From positions 560,855 to 624,854 of the forward strand of contig OZ244044.1 of assembly GCA_965215275.1 (NCBI GenBank): 64,000 bases of DNA, written 5' to 3'. Made by a program: the position numbers and the translations under genes. Below are positions 50,035-60,335 of this stretch, piece by piece. This stretch comes from Thermodesulfobacteriota bacterium (GTDB taxonomy: Bacteria; Desulfobacterota_D; UBA1144; Nemesobacterales; JAJCZQ01). Under the pieces are notes generated by a model. That model saw only the letters and a program-made list of their open reading frames with translations, made no database searches and was not told the DNA's origin. The number at the start of each line of letters is the position of its first letter. Position 1 is the first letter of the stretch.

Positions 50035-50285
50035 TTGAAGGTAAATTAAATACTTCCTGAAAAAACTGCAAATCATACGGTTAAGCACCAATGCTCTCAA
50101 TAATTTTTTAATTTTCTTGTCTTATCCTGAAAATTTAGGTATAGTTAAAAATATTATTAGTATACATAAATAAATTTTTATGCTTTACAAAAATATTATT
50201 CAGTCAGTTTTAGTTTTACAAGAAGTCATTTATTAAACGGCGGGTTCTCATAATAACAGTTGCCGATGATCCGGAGATAATAAAG

Positions 50286-50951
50286 ATGCTTACTCGATCA
50301 ATAGAAGATTATTTAAAGGTCATTTATGAAGTTCAGCAGGAGAACGAAAAAGTTACAACTAACTCCCTGTCCAGGAAGTTAAACGTGGCACCTGCTTCGG
50401 TTACCGGCATGATCAAGAGACTGTCGTCAAGAAAGCTGATCACTTATAAGAAATACCAGGGGGTAAATCTAACTCCCTCAGGGGAAAAGATAGCTCTGGA
50501 AATAATAAGACATCACAGGCTCATTGAGCTTTATCTTAAGGAGGCACTTGGTGTGACCTGGGACAAGGTTCACGAGGAAGCAGAAAAACTGGAGCACGTA
50601 ATATCAGAGGATATAGAGAACAGAATGGATGAATTCCTTGGTCATCCGACCTCAGACCCGCACGGGTCCCTGATCCCGGGAAGGAACGGGGAACTCATTG
50701 AAAGAGAATGTACAAGACTGATAGAGGTAAAACCCAGATGCACGGCCGTGGTAGCGGAGGTCAGTGACCATGACCCCGATCTGCTCAGATATCTGGGAAA
50801 GCTCGGTTTTTATCCGGGGACGGTCATCAGGATCGATTCCATTGAACCTTTTGACGGACCAATGAAGATAGAGATCAACGACAGGACCGAGTTCATAGGC
50901 GTGGAAGTAGCCAGGTATATATCAGTAACGGAAGTTCAAATAGCACAGTAA
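50286..50951 (+). CDS. DtxR/MntR-family metal-dependent transcriptional repressor with FeoA-like C-terminal domain
   Basis: SIEDYLKVIYEV...LSRKLNVAPASVTGMIKRL...HHRLIELYL. C-terminal SH3-like domain GTVIRIDSIEP. Confidence 0.8.
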   Translation: MLTRSIEDYLKVIYEVQQENEKVTTNSLSRKLNVAPASVTGMIKRLSSRKLITYKKYQGVNLTPSGEKIALEIIRHHRLIELYLKEALGVTWDKVHEEAEKLEHVISEDIENRMDEFLGHPTSDPHGSLIPGRNGELIERECTRLIEVKPRCTAVVAEVSDHDPDLLRYLGKLGFYPGTVIRIDSIEPFDGPMKIEINDRTEFIGVEVARYISVTEVQIAQ

Positions 50952-50963
50952 ACAAGAAAGCCG

Positions 50964-51905
50964 ATGAGACCAGTCGTACCGATCCTGATAATTTTTTCAC
51001 TGCTGTCCTGTTTTCAGAGCAGCGGTCCGGGCACTGAAGAAGATATATCACAGAAGATCAACGTTGTAACGACGACCGGGATGATAAATGACGTCGTTCT
51101 CAATCTGGGCGGAGACAAGGTCAGCACGCGATCCCTTATGGGACCAGGCGTTGACCCTCATCTTTACAAGGCGAGTGCATGGGACGTTCAGACATTGCTG
51201 AAAGCCGACGTTATCCTGTACAACGGACTGAACCTTGAAGGCAAAATGACCGAAGTGTTCAGGAACATGTCCAGGCGTGGTATTTCCACTACAGCCGTTG
51301 CCGAGGAACTGGAAAGATCCAGACTCCAGAGGCCCGAATCCCTTCAAGGCTATTATTACGACCCGCACATATGGTTTGACGTGGAACTCTGGACGGACGT
51401 GGTAAAGGTCATAAAGGACGTGTTGATCAGACAGGACCGTCAGAACAGCAAGATCTACACGGCCAACGCGGAAATCTATAAAAACAAACTAAAAGACCTG
51501 CAGGGATACGTACATGAAAGGACACATGCACTGCCCGGAGAAAAAAAAGTGCTCGTCACCGCACATGACGCGTTCGGATACTTCGGGACCGCCTACGGTT
51601 TCGAGGTTATAGGACTTCAGGGTATCAGCACTGATTCAGAGGCAGGCGTGGCAGACGTGCAGGGATTATCAAAGTTAATAGCTGAAAGAAAGATCCCCGC
51701 CATATTCGTTGAGTCATCCGTTTCACCAAAGTACATCGAGGCCGTAAAAAAGGCCGTAAAGGCAAGAGGATTTGACGTCAGGATCGGAGGGACGCTGTAT
51801 TCTGACGCCCTGGGAGATCCGGGAACGCCTGAGGCGGAATATATAGGTATGTTCAAGCACAACGTAGACACGATCGTGGACGCTCTAGGTCATGAAGGAA
51901 GATAG
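50964..51905 (+). CDS. Metal (Mn/Zn/Fe) ABC transporter substrate-binding lipoprotein, TroA/ZnuA/MntC family
   Basis: Lipobox LLSCF. Conserved DPHIWFD and HDAFGYF motifs. Confidence 0.8.
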   Translation: MRPVVPILIIFSLLSCFQSSGPGTEEDISQKINVVTTTGMINDVVLNLGGDKVSTRSLMGPGVDPHLYKASAWDVQTLLKADVILYNGLNLEGKMTEVFRNMSRRGISTTAVAEELERSRLQRPESLQGYYYDPHIWFDVELWTDVVKVIKDVLIRQDRQNSKIYTANAEIYKNKLKDLQGYVHERTHALPGEKKVLVTAHDAFGYFGTAYGFEVIGLQGISTDSEAGVADVQGLSKLIAERKIPAIFVESSVSPKYIEAVKKAVKARGFDVRIGGTLYSDALGDPGTPEAEYIGMFKHNVDTIVDALGHEGR

Positions 51906-52656
51906 ATCAGCATTAAACGTTACGGACCTGACGGTTGCTTATGATAACAAACCCGCCTTGTGGGATATTGACCTTAACGTTCCCAGAGGCGTCCTAATGG
52001 CGATCATAGGTCCGAACGGTGCAGGTAAGACAACGCTGATAAAAGCGATCCAGGGTCTGGTGCCAATTACGGCAGGAAGGGTGCTGATCTTTGGAAAACC
52101 GTATCATGAAAACAGAAAACTGGTCTCATACGTCCCGCAGCGCGGAAGCGTTGACTGGGACTTTCCGACAAGCGTGCTTGACGTTGTCAAGATGGGTACG
52201 TACGGCTCCCTGGGATGGTTCAGACGTCCCGGTAAAAAGGAGCACTTACTCGCACTTGAAGCTCTTGAAAAGGTCGGAATGACCGAGTTTCAGAACAGAC
52301 AGATAAGCAAACTCTCGGGCGGACAGCAGCAGAGGGTCTTTCTTGCAAGAGCACTGGTGCAGAACGCTGAAATATATATAATGGACGAACCCTTTCAGGG
52401 AGTTGACGCCACTACGGAAAAAGCGATCATCTCCATTCTGAAGGAGATCAGATCGCTGGGAAAGACCCTTCTGATCGTTCATCACGACCTGCAGACCGTC
52501 AGGGAATATTTCGACAGCGTCGCACTTCTGAACGTCAGATTGATCGAGAGCGGGAACGTGCAGGACGTCTTTAACCCGGAAAAACTGGCCAACACCTACG
52601 GAGGCAGTATCAAGTACATTGAGAAAAAATTCAATCAGATAAGTTCGGTTTTTTAA
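51892..52656 (+). CDS. Metal ABC transporter ATP-binding protein
   Basis: Walker A GPNGAGKTTL, signature LSGGQQQRV, Walker B IYIMDEP. Confidence 0.85.
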   Translation: MKEDRSALNVTDLTVAYDNKPALWDIDLNVPRGVLMAIIGPNGAGKTTLIKAIQGLVPITAGRVLIFGKPYHENRKLVSYVPQRGSVDWDFPTSVLDVVKMGTYGSLGWFRRPGKKEHLLALEALEKVGMTEFQNRQISKLSGGQQQRVFLARALVQNAEIYIMDEPFQGVDATTEKAIISILKEIRSLGKTLLIVHHDLQTVREYFDSVALLNVRLIESGNVQDVFNPEKLANTYGGSIKYIEKKFNQISSVF

Positions 52657-52658
52657 TT

Positions 52659-53777
52659 ATGGTCCTTGAAGAGCTCATATTTGATTACACGTTAAGGAAC
52701 ATAGCTTTCGGGTCAGGCGTACTGGGTATCGTAAGCGGCTTTCTGGGTACCATAGTCGTGCTCCGAGAACAAAGTCTGCTGGGAGATACGATGTCCCACG
52801 CCGCTCTTCCCGGTATTGCGGCAGCGTTCCTGATATTCAGCACCAAGCACACCTTCGTTCTTATTCTCGGGGCAGGGACGGCAGCTTTGCTGGCAACTCT
52901 CTGTATCCACGTGACCGTTAATTATTCCAAGATAAAGTTCGATTCCGCACTTGCGATCTGGCTTTCGACTTATTTCGGTCTGGGGCTCGTTCTGCTGACG
53001 ATGATACAGCATCTTCCAAACGCCAATCAGGCGGGTCTGGACAAATTCATTTTCGGACAAGCCGCTGCCCTGACCCACGACGACCTGAGAACGATGATAA
53101 TATTAGGGGTGATCTCCATTCTTGTTACACTTCTGCTCTGGAAAGAGATCAAGATACTGATCTTCGACCCAACGTACGCAAAAAGCCTGGGAATAAACGT
53201 CACTCTTATCAGTTCAGTTCTGATAGTCCTGATCGTCATAGCAATAATGATCGGACTTCAGACGGTCGGGGTCATTCTGATGAGCTCAATGCTCATTGCC
53301 CCGGCATTAGCTGCAAGGCAGTGGACCGACCGTTTCAGTCTGATGGTCGTACTTGCAGCCGTTTTCGGATCGACCGCCGGAATGCTCGGTTCCGTTCTGA
53401 GCAGTAAGGTCACGCAACTGCCGACCGGACCGGCAATAATAGTATGTGCGTCAGCAATAGTGCTCCTTTCCATAGCCTTTTCTCCCAAATACGGTCTGAT
53501 CTCCAGAAAAGTGAAGGACTACCAAGGAAAAAGAAAGATCAGATTAGACACCATACTGGTTAACCTGCTTAAACTTTCCGAAAATCACAACGACCCGTTC
53601 CATCCCCATTCGATCGGCGTTCTGAGAACGATGGACGAAGATCGGACGCACGTGGACGCAGGGCTGAAAAAACTGCAGAAACAAAGACTCGTTACAAGTA
53701 TCGGAGAGGACGAGTGGGCTCTCACGAGGCTGGGGTACGACAGGGCAAGGAACGACCTAAGGATCCTGGAAAGATGA
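52659..53777 (+). CDS. Metal ABC transporter permease (ABC-3 family) with ~90-aa C-terminal winged-helix-like extension
   Basis: ABC-3 permease TM core. The C-terminal HSIGVLRTMDEDRTHVDAGLKKLQKQRLVTSIGEDEWALTRLG resembles a DtxR/MarR-type wHTH. Confidence 0.75.
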   Translation: MVLEELIFDYTLRNIAFGSGVLGIVSGFLGTIVVLREQSLLGDTMSHAALPGIAAAFLIFSTKHTFVLILGAGTAALLATLCIHVTVNYSKIKFDSALAIWLSTYFGLGLVLLTMIQHLPNANQAGLDKFIFGQAAALTHDDLRTMIILGVISILVTLLLWKEIKILIFDPTYAKSLGINVTLISSVLIVLIVIAIMIGLQTVGVILMSSMLIAPALAARQWTDRFSLMVVLAAVFGSTAGMLGSVLSSKVTQLPTGPAIIVCASAIVLLSIAFSPKYGLISRKVKDYQGKRKIRLDTILVNLLKLSENHNDPFHPHSIGVLRTMDEDRTHVDAGLKKLQKQRLVTSIGEDEWALTRLGYDRARNDLRILER

Positions 53778-54886
53778 ACGCCGCTCAGATAGAAATACTT
53801 ATAATCGCCGTTCTTGTATCTTCCTCATGCGCGGTAATAGGTAATTTTTTAATACTGAGGTCCATGGCAATGATGTCAGATGCAATAAGTCATTCGGTCC
53901 TGCTTGGGATCGTTCTTGTATTTTTTATCGTACAAAGCCTGAACTCGCCATTTCTGATCATAGGAGCCACGCTCAGCGGCCTGGCGACCGTCCTGCTGGT
54001 AGATATTTTCAATCGGAAAAAGTACATAAAGAAAGATGCCGCGATCGGACTCGTGTTCCCCCTTCTGTTCAGTATAGCGATCATAATCATCTCCAGGTAC
54101 GCAAGGAACGTACACATTGATATAGACACCGTTCTGCTTGGTGAACTCGCGTTTGCCCCTTTTAACAGATTTGTGGTATATGGGATTGATATAGGACCAA
54201 AATCCCTCCTCGTTATGGCGACCTTGTTCGTTGTTAACGTTATGTTCGTCACCGCTTTTTACAAGGAACTTAAAATAACCACCTTTGACCGGGCCTTATC
54301 AAAGTCGTTCGGATTCCTGCCCTCCCCTATCAATCTCGGATTGATGACAATGGTATCGGTTACGTGCGTGGCCGCTTTTGACGCCGTAGGTTCCGTGCTC
54401 GTTATCGCCTATATGATAATCCCTCCGGCAACCGCGTTCTTGATAACTGAAAGATTATCCCTTATGATCCTTATCAGCGTAGTGGTTGGAGTACTTGCGT
54501 CTTTTACCGGCTTTCTTCTGGCAAATTTAATAAACGCCAATATTGCGGGAACCATATCGGTCGTCTGTGGAGCGCTTTTTATCCTGACGATGCTTTTTTC
54601 ACCCAGGAACGGAATAATATTCAATATGAGAGAAAAGGTCAGAAAAAGATGGATCTTTGCACAAAACCTGCTTCTTTTTCACCTCTCAAACCATGAAGGA
54701 GAGCCGGATTATGATCGTGAATCAAGGATTTCACATCTATATGACCATATGCTCTGGAGCGAAAAATTCGGGAAAAAGGTCATAAGTATGGCCCAGAAGA
54801 ACGGATTTATCTTGATATCGGACGAGAACCTGGTCCTGACGGCAAAAGGGAAAAACCACGTTAAGGACATAGACCTGTCTTATTGA
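53774..54886 (+). CDS. Second metal ABC transporter permease (ABC-3 family), also with C-terminal extension
   Basis: Start ATG overlaps the upstream stop (ATGA at 53774). The track start 53714 adds 20 aa inside the upstream gene. The C-terminal ~85 aa (...HLYDHMLWSEKFGKKVISMAQKNGFILISDENLVLTAKG) is wHTH-like. Confidence 0.75.
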   Translation: MNAAQIEILIIAVLVSSSCAVIGNFLILRSMAMMSDAISHSVLLGIVLVFFIVQSLNSPFLIIGATLSGLATVLLVDIFNRKKYIKKDAAIGLVFPLLFSIAIIIISRYARNVHIDIDTVLLGELAFAPFNRFVVYGIDIGPKSLLVMATLFVVNVMFVTAFYKELKITTFDRALSKSFGFLPSPINLGLMTMVSVTCVAAFDAVGSVLVIAYMIIPPATAFLITERLSLMILISVVVGVLASFTGFLLANLINANIAGTISVVCGALFILTMLFSPRNGIIFNMREKVRKRWIFAQNLLLFHLSNHEGEPDYDRESRISHLYDHMLWSEKFGKKVISMAQKNGFILISDENLVLTAKGKNHVKDIDLSY

Positions 54887-54956
54887 AACCCCCTACCGCA
54901 ATGAAACCAACGAAACGGATCTCATAACTCCGTTTATCCTGGGTCGCTGAAGGGAC

Positions 54957-55859
54957 CTAGGTAGAAAAACCTTCCCTGGACAGCCAGGATAAGATCACAT
55001 CGACCGTACTTTCAGGGTTTTCCATACAGTCATGTCTGGCATTGGGAATGTACCTGAGTATAACGTTCTCGTTTCCGGCTTTATTGAGTATCTCCTTCAG
55101 GTCCTTTGGTTCCCAGAGGTCGACTATATCGTCGCTTTCACCATGGATAAACAGAATGGGGACCTTAACCTTTGATATATGCCTGTAGGTCTTGGCAAGG
55201 TCAGCCTCGGGACTTCTCATAAACCACCACGTTCTGTAAGAGAACATCTCTATATCGCCCGGACCGTAAGAATTTCCCCATGCCTTGTAAACTATAAACA
55301 GCTGGTCGTTCTTACTGCTGTCAGGGTCCTGGCCGAGGATCTGCTTCGCCCGTTTGTATATATCATCGTACTGGGGAACGCTGTTGAATTTCTTCAGTCT
55401 CCTTTTCTGTGAATCAGGTAACGAATAGGAACATCCTTCAAGTATCAGTCCTTTTATATCCTCACCACCGCTTTGGGTCACGTAATACACCGCCAGATTG
55501 GCACCAAGACTGTAGCCCAGAACGTATATGTTCTCAAACCCGTTCCTTATGAGAAGCTTCACGGACTCTTCTATATCCTGTCCGGCTTCATGATAGATGC
55601 CTTCACCAAATATCTGTCCTAAAAACCCCATTCTCGTGTTAATGGAAAGCGTGCTTATACCCCTTTCAAGTAACATGGGTGGAAGTATCTGAGGAGTACC
55701 CCGTGCGAGAAAATTGCCCAGTACCCCGTGTACATTGATAATTATCGGCTTCCTGAACATCTCCTTACTGTTTTTAAATTCAGGAGTGGTTAAAAGAGCG
55801 TTAATTTCAAATCCGTCCGGGGCGTTATAAGTTAATAATCTACGCTGTTTAGCTATCAT
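54957..55859 (-). CDS. Alpha/beta-hydrolase fold protein (esterase/lipase-type)
   Basis: Nucleophile elbow VLGYSLGANLA (GxSxG). His near the C-terminus (NARHD). Confidence 0.7.
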   Translation of the reverse strand: MIAKQRRLLTYNAPDGFEINALLTTPEFKNSKEMFRKPIIINVHGVLGNFLARGTPQILPPMLLERGISTLSINTRMGFLGQIFGEGIYHEAGQDIEESVKLLIRNGFENIYVLGYSLGANLAVYYVTQSGGEDIKGLILEGCSYSLPDSQKRRLKKFNSVPQYDDIYKRAKQILGQDPDSSKNDQLFIVYKAWGNSYGPGDIEMFSYRTWWFMRSPEADLAKTYRHISKVKVPILFIHGESDDIVDLWEPKDLKEILNKAGNENVILRYIPNARHDCMENPESTVDVILSWLSREGFST

Positions 55860-56786
55860 CTAATTTCTGAATCTTCTATCCAGCCACCTGACTATAATAT
55901 CTCCCAGTTCCTCTTCCTTACCCGAAAGCTGATGACCCGTGTTCAGATAAAAGGCGGACACGTCGTCATTACCGGCTTCAATAGCGACCTGGGCCAGATC
56001 GTGCATCTCGTGAGAGCGTACGAACTCGTCGCTCCAGCCCTGTATAAGCAAGATCGGTTTGGTTATGTTCCTTATCTGAACGTACCCCTTTGCATCCTCG
56101 GCTTCCGGACCTGCCAGATACCACCAGGTCCTGTAGGTGTAAACCTCGGTATGATGCGGTCTGAAAGTATCTCCCCTTGCCTTATATATCAGTATCGTTC
56201 TGTCATGGTCCGGCGCCTTTGGTCTTGACTTCAGTATCTGTTTCGCTTCCTCATAAACCTCATCGTACGAAGGTTTGCTGCCGTAATGATCCCAGCGCCT
56301 TTTGATGGAGTCGGGCATTGAATAAGGCGTTGCCAGAGCTATAACGCCTTTTAATGCTTTCAGATCATTTCTGGCCGAGGAATATTTAATAACTATACTT
56401 CCGCCAAGACTGTAGCCGGAAACGATTATTTTAGTATAGCCACTTTTTTCAAGATAGCGGATAACCCCGTCTATTTGAGGAATGGTATCCTCCAGAATGC
56501 CGTAGCCGAAGAACAGGCCAAAATTGGCCATCCTGGTATTTATAGCAATCGAAGAATAACCAGCTTTTGCAAGTATAGGTGGCAGAAACCGCTGACTTCC
56601 GTCAAGGAAGTTTCCCAAAAAACCATGAACGTGAACCACGATCGGTTCCTTGTCTTCAGTATCACTGTGTTTGAGAGCTTTGTAAAAAAGAGCGTTTACC
56701 TTACTTTTGCCAACTGGAATAGAGATCAGCTCCTGTTCCATATACTTCATGTTAACTGCCTCATCGGTCATAGAAAGATCTGCCAC
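55860..56786 (-). CDS. Alpha/beta-hydrolase fold protein, tandem paralog of 54957..55859
   Basis: VSGYSLGGSIV (GxSxG). Same architecture and about 35-40% identical by eye. Confidence 0.7.
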   Translation of the reverse strand: MADLSMTDEAVNMKYMEQELISIPVGKSKVNALFYKALKHSDTEDKEPIVVHVHGFLGNFLDGSQRFLPPILAKAGYSSIAINTRMANFGLFFGYGILEDTIPQIDGVIRYLEKSGYTKIIVSGYSLGGSIVIKYSSARNDLKALKGVIALATPYSMPDSIKRRWDHYGSKPSYDEVYEEAKQILKSRPKAPDHDRTILIYKARGDTFRPHHTEVYTYRTWWYLAGPEAEDAKGYVQIRNITKPILLIQGWSDEFVRSHEMHDLAQVAIEAGNDDVSAFYLNTGHQLSGKEEELGDIIVRWLDRRFRN

Positions 56787-56820
56787 GATACAAGTTCTAA
56801 TATGGAACAGATTACAACAA

Positions 56821-57241
56821 TTATATGATATTTTCCAACACGGCGTGGTCGCTTCTTATATCGTCAGCATGTGATTTTGCCTCTTCCCATGTCTTACATT
56901 TGCAGTACTCGGCAACCCTTTCAGAACGAGAGGACTTCAATAACAACGTGTCAGATTTTGAATCCCAGATGATCTGCCAGTTATCCTCCTTGAAGTTCCT
57001 CACCCATCCAAACGGAAATGACGCTGCAAGTCCAATTCCACGCTCGTTTTTCATTGACGTTCCTGACAACCTCACCGGCACCAAAGTACCCTTTAAATCT
57101 GGCTCCAACAAGACTGCATTCTATCTTTGCAGTACATGTTCCAGGGTACCTCACGGCATCCGTCCCTGATGACCGGTTTCTGTCCTGCATTTCACTTTTA
57201 TACCCTCTGTGAAAGACAAACAGATACCATGCTGCTGCCAA
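56821..57241 (-). pseudogene. Possible frameshifted small hypothetical gene (two overlapping minus-strand ORFs in different frames)
   Basis: ORFs 56981..57241 and 56821..57111 overlap by 130 nt on the same strand. No family recognised. Confidence 0.2.
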
Positions 57242-57523
57242 GCGGATAAAACAAAAATATAAACTGGAACACGGGTTTAAATGGGCTTTTCACAGCACAA
57301 ACACCAGCCGGTCATCAGCTTAGGGGTTCATATACTCTATCAGACAAATCCTTGTAACTGCTTGCTTTTCTTATTTTTCTTTGGGAATTACACCGAATAG
57401 CTGACAACCCACGGATCATTCCTCTTTTTCCTCTCCATAATACCCTGTTCAAGATCCGTTTTACCCATAAGGAACTTAATAACGCTGTCAGACGCTGTCT
57501 CGTTCATTATCTGATCCCTTATG

Positions 57524-58015
57524 TTATTGTACGTATTTACCTTCTTTTTTAGTACTGTCTCTAGCGTCTTTTAAAACCTTTAATTCTCCTTTCATAAACT
57601 TTTTACCACTTTCATCCAAAAGATCCTTATTACTTAACATGTCTTCCGCTATTTCTATTAACTCATTTACTATCTTTAAAGAAAAATCCCTGTTATCCTG
57701 AGCTACTTCTGATTCCGGATCAATTTCTAACGCCTTATTAAAATCCATAAGCGCCTCTTCATGATGTCCGAGCTTTACTTTACCAAACCCCCTGTTGGTA
57801 TAGATCTCTGCCAGATAAGAACATCTTAATGATTCATCTTCTTTGTTAATTAAGTGACTGAGCTCTATAGCCTTGGTAAGGTCCTCAACTGCCTCTTCAT
57901 ACTGCTCCGTTTCAAGTTTAATACAACCTCTATAACTGTATGCTTCTTGACATTGAGGATTCTGCTCTATAGCTTTATCAAGTTTTTTAATAGCTTCTTT
58001 CTGCTTTTTAGTCAT
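57524..58015 (-). CDS. Tetratricopeptide-repeat protein
   Basis: Repeated A/Y/L pattern (AYSYRGCIKL..., AEIYTNRGFGKVKLGHHEEALMDFNKALEIDP). Confidence 0.6.
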   Translation of the reverse strand: MTKKQKEAIKKLDKAIEQNPQCQEAYSYRGCIKLETEQYEEAVEDLTKAIELSHLINKEDESLRCSYLAEIYTNRGFGKVKLGHHEEALMDFNKALEIDPESEVAQDNRDFSLKIVNELIEIAEDMLSNKDLLDESGKKFMKGELKVLKDARDSTKKEGKYVQ

Positions 58016-58098
58016 TACTTACCCCTTTATCTTTTACCAACCTGTTCATTATAATTCCCTTTCAGTTCATTACAGGAACGGACCGATCAGAGGTTTGT

Positions 58099-58536
58099 TC
58101 AGCCCTGTTTATTAACCGTTATTTTCCCTGTGGTTACTAACTCATTGAGCAGTGAAGTCAGTTCCGCCTTCTGCTGAGCAAATTTTTGATCAAACCTTGC
58201 ATCTTGCTCAGCGAACTTTGCATCTTGCTGATCAAATCTTGCATCTTGCTTTTTAGCAAAACTATCTACTATGCTTTCAACGTCCTGTCTGAATTCTTTA
58301 CCCATTTCCTTCTCCTTAATACTTAACTGGTTATCTATATATACTCTGACAAAGAAAAACGCAGTTGCAACTATTGACGTTGCTAATAATACGAACGCAA
58401 CTAAATTCGTTCTTAATTTGTCATAATAATTATCATAAGTAGATATACCAAAAACACATATACCAAGCACAAGGTATATAAATATTAAAGCAGTTAACCA
58501 ACCATCTATTTTACGTTTAATATCTTCTCTTTCCAT
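58099..58536 (-). CDS. Membrane protein with two N-terminal TM helices and a C-terminal QDARFDQ/QDAKFAE repeat region
   Basis: TM helices WLTALIFIYLVLGICVFGI and LVAFVLLATSIVATAFFFV. Repeats DARFDQQDAKFAEQDARFDQKFAQQKAEL. Confidence 0.4.
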   Translation of the reverse strand: MEREDIKRKIDGWLTALIFIYLVLGICVFGISTYDNYYDKLRTNLVAFVLLATSIVATAFFFVRVYIDNQLSIKEKEMGKEFRQDVESIVDSFAKKQDARFDQQDAKFAEQDARFDQKFAQQKAELTSLLNELVTTGKITVNKQG

Positions 58537-58733
58537 AGTAAATTTATATCAGACCGAGAATGTTTAGTCAACATTTTTAGCTAATTAATTCCTCGTATTT
58601 TAGCCTCTTACCTTCTAATCCTTTAACAATGTTCTCCATCTGATCCATAAGCAGGTAAAGGTCCGTTGTTATGCCGTCCAGCATAATCATCAACATGGCG
58701 TTACAGGTGTTTCTTGCTCATCTTGAAGTTTAT

Positions 58734-59384
58734 TTATGCCACTTTATGGTATGAAGGACAGATATTTCCTATTTTACACCGGTCGCAAAGGGGCTTTCTT
58801 GATCTGCATATTGATCTTCCATGATCGCCAAGTGCGTTTGAAAAGAACGTACAACTGCTTTCAGGAACGATCTTTCTGAGATCAGACTCTATCCTGACCG
58901 CGTCGGTACTTCTGGTAAGACCCAATCTTCTGCTAAGTCTTCCCACGTGGGTATCTACGATAATTCCAGGCTTGCCATAATAGTTCCCTATGATCACGTT
59001 GGCGGTCTTTCTGCCAACCCCTTTTAACTTTACCAGTTCCTCAATAGTGTCTGGTGGTTCTCCATTGTGATCCTTAACAAGCGATCTGGTACATTCTATA
59101 ATGGACCTTGCCTTGGCGTTATAAAACCCTGCTGACCTTATATCGTTCTTCAGTACCTCTATATCGGCTACAGAAAGCTCATGAGCATTTGGATACTTCT
59201 TAAAAAGGTCCTTCGTTATCTTGTTGACCCTTGCGTCCGTGCACCGTGCAGATAATATAGAACCGATCAGCAACTCGAAGGCGTTTTTAAAGTTCAGGTG
59301 GCACCTGGCGTTCGGGTACTCTTTTTTAAGGAAGGCAAGAACCTTCGTTAATCTCTCTTTTCTTTGTGACAAATCGACCTTCAA
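58734..59384 (-). CDS. nth: Endonuclease III
   Basis: HhH-GPD motif LVKLKGVGRKTANVI. [4Fe-4S] cluster CRSRKPLCDRCKIGNIC (C-x6-C-x2-C-x5-C). Confidence 0.85.
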   Translation of the reverse strand: MKVDLSQRKERLTKVLAFLKKEYPNARCHLNFKNAFELLIGSILSARCTDARVNKITKDLFKKYPNAHELSVADIEVLKNDIRSAGFYNAKARSIIECTRSLVKDHNGEPPDTIEELVKLKGVGRKTANVIIGNYYGKPGIIVDTHVGRLSRRLGLTRSTDAVRIESDLRKIVPESSCTFFSNALGDHGRSICRSRKPLCDRCKIGNICPSYHKVA

Positions 59385-59511
59385 CGCTGCACGGAAAGTA
59401 ACAGAGGAACCTGATCAGCGTCAACCTCGTACTGAACGGAAAACGGCAGATACGTTTGAAACAAACCACCTTTATAAGGTCACACCTTATATGAACAGGT
59501 ATTAACAGTAA

Positions 59512-59781
59512 CTAATCGTCTTTACGTGCGGGTTCCAGACCTTCTTTTCCGTCAAAGAAATCTTTGTTCATATCAATGAATTTCTGCCACTTTTCAGGAA
59601 GTTCATCTTCATGGTAGATAGCATCAACAGGACAGGGGTCCACGCATGCCCCACAGTCTATACATTCCTCAGGATGAATAAAAAGCTGATCATCACCTTC
59701 ATAAATGCAATCAACGGGACATGCCTCAACGCAGGCTTTATCTTTAACGTTGATACACGGTTCAGCAATTATGTATGCCAT
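59512..59781 (-). CDS. fdxA: 7Fe ferredoxin (FdxA type: [3Fe-4S] + [4Fe-4S])
   Basis: [14 protein letters not shown] (Cx7Cx3CP) and [12 protein letters not shown] (CxxCxxCxxxCP). Confidence 0.8.
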   Translation of the reverse strand: MAYIIAEPCINVKDKACVEACPVDCIYEGDDQLFIHPEECIDCGACVDPCPVDAIYHEDELPEKWQKFIDMNKDFFDGKEGLEPARKDD

Positions 59782-59867
59782 CTAACAGTACCTCTCCAAT
59801 GCAGTAATTAAGTGATCTAACCGTAGAAATAATACTTTATTTGTCAAGAATAAAAAGATTCTGTGTA

Positions 59868-60329
59868 TTATTTACTTTCAGGAACTTTACTTTTCATCTG
59901 ACCGTCAGGCTTTCTATTCCTGTTCAGTCCGGCCTCCGGCGTGCCAGGTCCATCCGGAGCAACGGGAGATTCCATTAAAAAGTCCACGTCCGTACCTTCA
60001 TCCACGTCAGTATCCGAAACGGGGGCTTCCCGATCGTCAGAAATGATCTCCTGGATCTCCGACGTTCCTTCAATTACGGAAGACTGTGTCTTCTGAATGG
60101 AAAAATACCCTAAGGATAAAGAAGTAATAAAGAAAACCACGGCAAGCAGTCTGGTCAGTTTTGCCAGGAAAGGGACCGCACCACTCGCGCCAAAAACCGA
60201 TTCCGAGGTCCCTCCTCCAAAGACCGAGCCCAGATCACCAGACTTCCCGGGCTGCAGAAGTACCACGAGTACCAATATCAAACTCACTAATATATGAACT
60301 ATTTCCACTACCGGTATTATAAACTGCAC
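59868..60329 (-). CDS. secG: Preprotein translocase subunit SecG with extended acidic C-terminal tail
   Basis: LVLVVLLQPGKSGDLGSVFGGG...FLAKLTRLLAVVFFITSL. Confidence 0.75.
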   Translation of the reverse strand: MQFIIPVVEIVHILVSLILVLVVLLQPGKSGDLGSVFGGGTSESVFGASGAVPFLAKLTRLLAVVFFITSLSLGYFSIQKTQSSVIEGTSEIQEIISDDREAPVSDTDVDEGTDVDFLMESPVAPDGPGTPEAGLNRNRKPDGQMKSKVPESK

Positions 60330-60335
60330 TGTAAA

